From assembly GCA_964016885.1 (NCBI GenBank), contig OZ024743.1:137702001-137766000 (forward strand): a stretch of 64,000 nucleotides of DNA, given 5' to 3'. Each line of letters opens with the position of its first letter. Position 1 is the stretch's first letter. The notes below the pieces were generated by a model, which was not told the origin of the DNA, searched no databases, and saw only the letters and a list, made by a program, of their open reading frames with translations. The translations under genes were made by a program, and so were the position numbers. Shown here piece after piece: positions 54,780-64,000 of the stretch. This DNA comes from Eledone cirrhosa. Taxonomy: Eukaryota.

Positions 54780-57700
54780 GCACCAAACACCAAACACCAA
54801 ACACCAGGCACCAAGCACCAATCACCAAGCACCAAGCAAAAAACACAAATCACCAAGCACCAAGCACCAAACACCAAACACCAAACACCAGGCACCAAGC
54901 ACCAAGCAGCAAGCACCAAGCACCAAGCACCAAGCACCAAACACCAAACACCAAGCACTAAGCACCAAACACCAAACACCAAGCACAAAGCACCAAAGAG
55001 CAAAAACAAAGCACCAAGCACCAAACACCAAACACCAAACACCAAACACCAAACAGCAAACACCAAACAGCAAACACCAAACAGCAAACAGCAAACACCA
55101 AACACCAAACACCAAGCACCAAGCACCAAGCACCAAACAACAACACCAAGCACCAAGCACCAAACACCAAGCATGAAGCACCAAACACCAAACACCAAGC
55201 TCCAAGCACCAAACACCATACACCAAGCACCAAGCACCAAACACCAATCACCAAGCACCAAGCACCAAACCCCAAGCACCAAACACCAAGCACCAATCAC
55301 CAAACACCAAACACCAAGAACCAAGCACCAAACACAAAACACCAAGCACCAAGCACCAAACACCAAACACCAAGCACCAAGCACCAAACACCAAACACCA
55401 GGCTCCAAGCACAAAACACCAAGCACCAAGCACCAAGCACCAAGCACCAAACACCAAACACCAAACACCAAGCACCAAGCACCAAACACCAAGCACCAAG
55501 CACCAAGCAACAAACACCAAGCACCAAGCACCAAACACCAAGCAGCAAGCACGAAACACCAAGCACCAAGCACCGAGCACCAAACACCAAGTACCAAGCA
55601 CCAATCACCAAACACCAAGCACCAAGCACCAAACACCAAACACCAAACACCAAGCACCAAGCACCAAACACCAAATACCAAGCACCAAGCACTAAGCACC
55701 AAACACCAAGCACCATGCACCAAGCATCAAGCACCAAGCACCAAACACCAAGCACCAAGCACCAAGCACCAAGCACCAAACACAAAACACCAAGTACCAA
55801 GCACCAAGCACCAAACACCAAACACCAAACACCAAGCACCAAGCACCAATCACCAAGCACCAAGCACCAAACCCCAAGCACCAAACACCAAGCACCAATC
55901 ACCAAACACCAAACACCAAGAACCAAGCACCAAACACCAAGCACCAAGCACCAAGCACAAAACACCAAGCACCAAGCGCTAAACATAAAACACTAAGCAC
56001 CAAGCACCAAGCACCAAGCACCAAACACCAAACATCAAACACCAATCACCAAACATCAAACAGCAAACACCAAACACCAAACACCAAACATCAAACACCA
56101 AATAGCAAACACCAAACCGCAAACACCAAACACCAAACAGGAAACACCAAACACCAAACAGCGAACAGCAAACAGCAAACACCAAACACCAAGCACCAAG
56201 CACAAAACACCAAGCACCAAGTGCCAAACACCAAACACCAAGCACCAAGCACCAAACACCAAGCACCAAACACCAAGCACCAATCACCAAACACCAAACA
56301 CCAAGAACCAAACACCAAACACAAAACACCAAGCACCAAGCACCAAACACCAAGCACCAAGCACCAAGCACCAAACACCAAACACCAAACACCAAGCACC
56401 TAGCACCAAACACCAAGCACCAAGCACCAAGCAACAAACACCAAGCACCAAGCACCAAACACCAAGCACCAAGCACCAAGGATCAAGCACCAAGCACCAA
56501 ACACCAAGCACCAAGCACCAAGCACCAAGCACCAAACACAAAACACCAAGTACCAAGCACCAAGCACCAAACACCAAACACCAAACACCAAGCACCAAGC
56601 ACCAAACACCAAATACCAAGCTCCAAGCACCAAACACCAAATACCAAGCACCAAGCAACAAACACCAATCACCAAGCACCAAGCACCAAACCCCAAGCAC
56701 CAAACACCAAGCACCAATCACCAAACACCAAACACCAAGAACCAAGCACCAAACACCAAGCACCAAGCACCAAGCACAAAACACCAAGCACCAAGCGCTA
56801 AACATAAAACACTAAGCACCAAGCACCAAGCACCAAGCACCAAACACCAAACATCAAACACCAATCACCAAACATCAAACAGCAAACACCAAACACCAAA
56901 CAGCAAACATCAAACACCAAACAGCAAACAACAAACAACAAATGCCAAACTTCAAACGCCAAACACCAAACACCAAACCGCAAACACCAAACACCAAACA
57001 GGAAACACCAAACACCAAACAGCGAACACCAAACAGCAAACACCAAACACCAAGCACCAAGCACCAAGCACAAAACACCAAGCACCAAGCGCCAAACACC
57101 AAACACCAAGCACCAAGCACCAAACACCAAGCACCAAACACCAAACACCAATCACCAAGCGCCAAACACCAAATACCAAGCACCAAGCACTAAACACCAA
57201 ACACCAAGCACCAAGCACCAAGCATCAAGCACCAAGCACCAAACACCAAGCACCAAGCACCAAGCACCAAGCACCAAACACAAAACACCAAGTACCAAGC
57301 ACCAAGCACCAAACACCAAACACCAAACACCAAGCACCAAGCACCAAACACCAAACACCAAGCACCAAGCACCAGACACCAAGCACCAAGCACCAAGCAC
57401 CAATCACCAAACACCAAGCACGAAGCACCAAACACCAAACACCAAGCACCAAGCACCAAACACCAAACACCAAGCACCAAGCACCAAGCACCAAACACCA
57501 AGTACCAAGCACCAAGCACCAAACACCAAACACCAAACACCAAGCACCAAGCACCAAACACCAAACACCAAGCAACAAGCACCAGACACCAAGCACCAAA
57601 CACCAAGCACCAATCACCAAACACCAAGCACGAAGCACCAAATACCAAACACCAAGCACCAAGCACCAAACACCAAACACCAAGCACCAAGCACCAAGCA

Positions 57701-60700
57701 CCAAACACCAAGCACCAAGCACCAAGCACCAAACACCAAGCACCAAATACCAAGCACCAGACACGAAGCACCAATCACCAAATACCAAACACCAAACACC
57801 AGGCACCAAGCACCAATCACCAAGCACCAAGCAAAAAACACAAAGCACCAAGCACCAAGCACCAAACACCAAACACCAAACACCCGCACCAAGCACCAAG
57901 CAGCAAGCACCAAGCACCAAGCACCAAGCACCAAACACCAAACACCAAGCACTAAGCACCAAACACCAAACACCAAGCACAAAGCACCAAAGAGCAAAAA
58001 CAAAGCACCAAGCACCAAACACCAAACACCAAACACCAAACACCAAACACCAAACACCAAACAGCAAACACCAAACAGCAAACAGCAAACACCAAACACC
58101 AAACACCAAGCACCAAGTACCAAGCACCAAACAACAACACCAAGCACCAAGCACCAAACACCAAGCACCAAGCACCAAACACCAAACACCAAGCTCCAAG
58201 CACCAAACACCAAACACCAAGCACCAAGCAGCAAACACCAATCACCAAGCACCAAGCACCAAACACCAAGCACCAAACACCAAGCACCAATCACCAAACA
58301 CCAAACACCAAGAACCAAGCACCAAACACAAAACACCAAGCACCAAGCACCAAACACCAAGCACCAAGCACCAAGCACCAAACACCAAACACCAAACACC
58401 AAGCACCTAGCACCAAACACCAAGCACCAAGCACCAAGCAACAAACACCAAGCACCAAGCACCAAACACCAAGCACCAAGCACAAAACACCAAGCACCAA
58501 GCACCGAGCACCAAACACCAAGTACCAAGCACCAATCACCAAACACCAAGCACCAAGCACCAAACACCAAACACCAAACACCTACCACCAAGCACCAAAC
58601 ACCAAACACCAAGAACCAAGCACCAAACACCAAATACCAAGCACCAAGCACTAAACACCAAACACCAAGCAGCAAGCACCAAGCATCAAGAACCAAGCAC
58701 CAAACACCAAGCACCAAGCACCAAGCACCAAGCACCAAACACAAAACACCAAGTACCAAGCACCAAGCACCAAACACCAAACACCAAACACCAAGCACCA
58801 AGCACCAAACACCAAATACCAAGCTCCAAGCACCAAACACCAAATACCAAGCACCAAGCAACAAACACCAATCACCAAGCACCAAGCACCAAACCCCAAG
58901 CACCAAACACCAAGCACCAATCACCAAACACCAAACACCAAGAACCAAGCACCAAACACCAAGCACCAAGCACCAAGCACAAAACACCAAGCACCAAGCG
59001 CTAAACATAAAACACTAAGCAACAAGCACCAAGCACCAAGCACCAAACACCAAACATCAAACACCAATCACCAAACATCAAACAGCAAACACCAAACACC
59101 AAACACCAAACATCAAACAGCAAACAGCAAACAACAAACAACAAATGCCAAACATCAAACGCCAAACACCAAACACCAAATAGCAAACACCAAACCGCAA
59201 ACACCAAACACCAAACAGGAAACACCAAACACCAAACAGCGAACACCAAACAGCAAACACCAAACACCAAGCACCAAGCACCAAGCACAAAACACCAAGC
59301 ACCAAGCGCCAAACATCAAACACCAAGCACCAAGCACCAAACACCAAGCACCAAACACCAAACACCAATCACCAAGCGCCAAACACCAAATACCAAGCAC
59401 CAAGCACTAAACACCAAACACCAAGCAACAGGCACCAAGCATCAAGCACCAAGCACCAAACACCAAGCACCAAGCACCAAGCACCAAGCACCAAACACAA
59501 AACACCAAGTACCAAGCACCAAGCACCAAACACCAAACACCAAACACCAAGCACCAAGCACCAAACACCAAACACCAAGCACCAAGCACCAGACACCAAG
59601 CACCAAGCACCAAGCACCAATCACCAAACACCAAGCACGAAGCACCAAACACCAAACACCAAGCACCAAGCACCAAACACCAAACACCAAGCACCAAGCA
59701 CCAAACACCAAATACCAAGCACCAAGCACCAAGCACCAAGCACCAAACACCAAGCACCAAGCACCAAGCACCAAACACCAAGCACCAAACACCAAGCATC
59801 AGACACGAAGCACCAAGCACCAAGCACCAAACACCAAGCACCAAGCACCACACATCAAACACCAAGCACCAAGCACCAAACACCAAACACCAAACACCAA
59901 ACAGCAAACACCAAACAGCAAACACCAAACAGCAAACAGCAAACACCAAACACCAAACACCAAGCACCAAGCACCAAGCACCAAACAACAACACCAAGCA
60001 CCAAGCACCAAACACCAAGCACCAAGCACCAAATACCAAACACCAATCTCCAAGCACCAAACACCAAGCACCAAGCACCAAACACCAATCACCAAGCACC
60101 AAGCACGAAACCCCAAGCACCAAACACCAAGCACCGATCACCAAACACCAAACACCAAGAACCAAGCACCAAACACAAAACACCAAGCACCAAGCACCAA
60201 ACACCAAGCACCAAGCACCAAGCACCAAACACCAAACACCAAGTACCAAACACCAAACACCAAGCACCAAGCACCAAACACCAAGCACCAAGCACCAAAC
60301 ACTAAACACCAGGCTCCAAGCACAAAACACCAAGCACCAAGCACCAAGTACCAAGCACCAAGCACCAAACACCAAACACCAAACACCAGGCACCAAGCAC
60401 CAATCACCAAGCACCAAGCAAAAAACACAAATCACCAAGCACCAAGCACCAAACACCAAACACCAAACACCAGGCACCAAGCACCAAGCAGCAAGCACCA
60501 AGCACCAAGCACCAAGCACCAAACACCAAACACCAAGCACTAAGCACCAAACACCAAACACCAAGCACAAAGCACCAAAGAGCAAAAACAAAGCACCAAG
60601 CACCAAACACCAAACACCAAACACCAAACACCAAACAGCAAATACCAAACAGCAAACACCAAACAGCAAACAGCAAACACCAAACACCAAACACCAAGCA

Positions 60701-63700
60701 CCAAGCACCAAGCACCAAACAACAACACCAAGCACCAAGCACCAAACACCAAGCATGAAGCACCAAACACCAAACACCAAGCTCCAAGCACCAAACACCA
60801 TACACCAAGCACCAAGCACCAAACACCAATCACCAAGCACCAAGCACCAAACCCCAAGCACCAAACACCAAGCACCAATCACCAAACACCAAACACCAAG
60901 AACTAAGCACCAAACACAAAACACCAAGCACCAAGCACCAAACACCAAACACCAAGCACCAAGCACCAAACACCAAACACCAGGCTCCAAGCACAAAACA
61001 CCAAGCACCAAGCACCAAGCACCAAGCACCAAACACCAAACACCAAACACCAAGCACCAAGCACCAAACACCAAGCACCAAGCACCAAGCAACAAACACC
61101 AAGCACCAAGCACCAAACACCAAGCAGCAAGCACGAAACACCAAGCACCAAGCACCGAGCACCAAACACCAAGTACCAAGCACCAATCACCAAACACCAA
61201 GCACCAAGCACCAAACACCAAACACCAAACACCAAGCACCAAGCACCAAACACCAAATACCAAGCACCAAGCACTAAGCACCAAACACCAAGCACCAAGC
61301 ACCAAGCATCAAGCACCAAGCACCAAACACCAAGCACCAAGCACCAAGCACCAAGCACCAAACACAAAACACCAAGTACCAAGCACCAAGCACCAAACAC
61401 CAAACACCAAACACCAAGCACCAAGCACCAATCACCAAGCACCAAGCACCAAACCCCAAGCACCAAACACCAAGCACCAATCACCAAACACCAAACACCA
61501 AGAACCAAGCACCAAACACCAAGCACCAAGCACCAAGCACAAAACACCAAGCACCAAGCGCTAAACATAAAACACTAAGCACCAAGCACCAAGCACCAAG
61601 CACCAAACACCAAACATCAAACACCAATCACCAAACATCAAACAGCAAACACCAAACACCAAACACCAAACATCAAACACCAAATAGCAAACACCAAACC
61701 GCAAACACCAAAAACCAAACAGGAAACACCAAACACCAAACAGCGAACAGCAAACAGCAAACACCAAACACCAAGCACCAAGCACAAAACACCAAGCACC
61801 AAGCGCCAAACACCAAACACCAAGCACCAAGCACCAAACACCAAGCACCAAACACCAAGCACCAATCACCAAACACCAAACACCAAGAACCAAACACCAA
61901 ACACAAAACACCAAGCACCAAGCACCAAACACCAAGCACCAAGCACCAAGCACCAAACACCAAACACCAAACACCAAGCACCTAGCACCAAACACCAAGC
62001 ACCAAGCACCAAGCAACAAACACCAAGCACCAAGCACCAAACACCAAGCACCAAGCACCAAGCATCAAGCACCAAGCACCAAACACCAAGCACCAAGCAC
62101 CAAGCACCAAGCACCAAACACAAAACACCAAGTACCAAGCACCAAGCACCAAACACCAAACACCAAACACCAAGCACCAAGCACCAAACACCAAATACCA
62201 AGCTCCAAGCACCAAACACCAAATACCAAGCACCAAGCAACAAACACCAATCACCAAGCACCAAGCACCAAACCCCAAGCACCAAACACCAAGCACCAAT
62301 CACCAAACACCAAACACCAAGAACCAAGCACCAAACACCAAGCACCAAGCACCAAGCACAAAACACCAAGCACCAAGCGCTAAACATAAAACACTAAGCA
62401 CCAAGCACCAAGCACCAAGCACCAAACACCAAACATCAAACACCAATCACCAAACATCAAACAGCAAACACCAAACACCAAACACCAAACATCAAACACC
62501 AAACAGCAAACAACAAACAACAAATGCCAAACTTCAAACGCCAAACACCAAACACCAAACCGCAAACACCAAACACCAAACAGGAAACACCAAACACCAA
62601 ACAGCGAACACCAAACAGCAAACACCAAACACCAAGCACCAAGCACCAAGCACAAAACACCAAGCACCAAGCGCCAAACACCAAACACCAAGCACCAAGC
62701 ACCAAACACCAAGCACCAAACACCAAACACCAATCACCAAGCGCCAAACACCAAATACCAAGCACCAAGCACTAAACACCAAACACCAAGCACCAAGCAC
62801 CAAGCATCAAGCACCAAGCACCAAACACCAAGCACCAAGCACCAAGCACCAAGCACCAAACACAAAACACCAAGTACCAAGCACCAAGCACCAAACACCA
62901 AACACCAAACACCAAGCACCAAGCACCAAACACCAAACACCAAGCACCAAGCACCAGACACCAAGCACCAAGCACCAAGCACCAATCACCAAACACCAAG
63001 CACGAAGCGCCAAACACCAAACACCAAGCACCAAGCACCAAACACCAAACACCAAGCACTAAGCACCAAGCACCAAACACCAAGTACCAAGCACCAAGCA
63101 CCAAACACCAAACACCAAACACCAAGCACCAAGCACCAAACACCAAACACCAAGCACCAAGCACCAGACACCAAGCACCAAACACCAAGCACCAATCACC
63201 AAACACCAAGCACGAAGCACCAAATACCAAACACCAAGCACCAAGCACCAAACACCAAACACCAAGCACCAAGCACCAAGCACCAAACACCAAGCACCAA
63301 GCACCAAGCACCAAACACCAAGCACCAAATACCAAGCACCAGACACGAAGCACCAATCACCAAATACCAAACACCAAGCACCAAGCACCAAACACCAAAC
63401 ACCAAACACCAAGCACCAAGCACCAATCACCAAGCACCAAGCAAAAAACACAAAGCACCAAGCACCAAGCACCAAACACCAAACACCAAACACCAAGCAC
63501 TAAGCACCAAACACCAAACACCAAACACCAAGCACCAAGCACCAATCACCAAGCACCAAGCAAAAAACACAAAGCACCAAGCACCAAGCACCAAACACCA
63601 AACACCAAACACCAGGCACCAAGCACCAAGCAGCAAGCACCAAGCACCAAGCACCAAGCACCAAACACCAAACACCAAGCACTAAGCACCAAACACCAAA

Positions 63701-64000
63701 CACCAAGCACAAAGCACCAAAGAGCAAAAACAAAGCACCAAGCACCAAACACCAAACACCAAACACCAAACACCAAACACCAAACACCAAACAGCAAACA
63801 CCAAACAGCAAACAGCAAACACCAAACACCAAACACCAAGCACCAAGTACCAAGCACCAAACAACAACACCAAGCACCAAGCACCAAACACCAAGCACCA
63901 AGCACCAAACACCAAACACCAAGCTCCAAGCACCAAACACCAAACACCAAGCACCAAGCAGCAAACACCAATCACCAAGCACCAAGCACCAAACACCAAG
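54780..64000 (-). repeat. About 5.58-kb higher-order duplication (second copy runs off the window)
   Basis: GCGCTAAACATAAAACACTAAGC at 55976/61558 and 56795/62377 (5582 offset), also at 49553, 51056 and 58998. ORF pairs 54822/60404, 55173/60755 and 57152/62734 are offset by 5582. Confidence 0.9.

Larger units (their letters stand above)
32413..64000 (-). repeat. 7-bp tandem satellite array, right arm: (RCACCAA)n on +, i.e. (TTGGTGY)n on the minus strand, open at window end
   Basis: Continuous GCACCAA/ACACCAA units, the reverse complement of the left-arm monomer, with almost no T on +. Variants include ACAGCAA, ACGCCAA, TCACCAA and GCACTAA. Confidence 0.99.

Noticed and set aside
1-64000. Hundreds of overlapping ORFs encoding WCLVLGA/WCLVFGV heptads (hydrophobic, membrane-protein-like)
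   Set aside because: A 7-bp unit gives the same 7-aa repeat in all three frames, and the consensus has no stop codon. The ORFs overlap in every frame, start and stop at chance variants, and have no unique domain.
1-64000. CRISPR array or repeat-spacer system
   Set aside because: There are no unique spacers, no 23-50-bp repeat separated by non-repeat DNA, and no cas or other genes.
1-64000. Perfect fold-back palindrome or terminal inverted repeats of a Foldback-type transposon
   Set aside because: The arms do not mirror each other at the rare-variant level. No internal sequence, element ends or target-site duplication are visible in the window.

Overview
The whole 64 kb window is one satellite-type tandem repeat of a 7-bp monomer, TTGGTGY (TTGGTGC and TTGGTGT interspersed). 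I see no unique sequence, genes, RNA genes, transposons or CRISPR spacers. From 1 to 32413 the G/T-rich strand is on +. At 32413 the array flips with no spacer (…GGTGTTTG-C-ACCCAACACC…), and from 32413 to 64000 it reads RCACCAA, so the two G-rich strands converge 3'-to-3'. The arms share the monomer but are not mirror images. Each has its own diagnostic variant units and its own nested higher-order duplications (about 0.27, 0.5, 0.9, 1.4, 1.95, 2.75, 2.9, 3.2, 3.8 and 5.6 kb). All supplied ORFs (WCLVLGA/WCLVFGV and TKHQAPS/TKHQTPN heptads) are explained by the repeat having no stop codon in any frame, and I do not call them genes. The array size suggests eukaryotic heterochromatic or telomere-like satellite, but the organism cannot be determined from the sequence. 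Coordinates were read by eye, and duplication end points are approximate.
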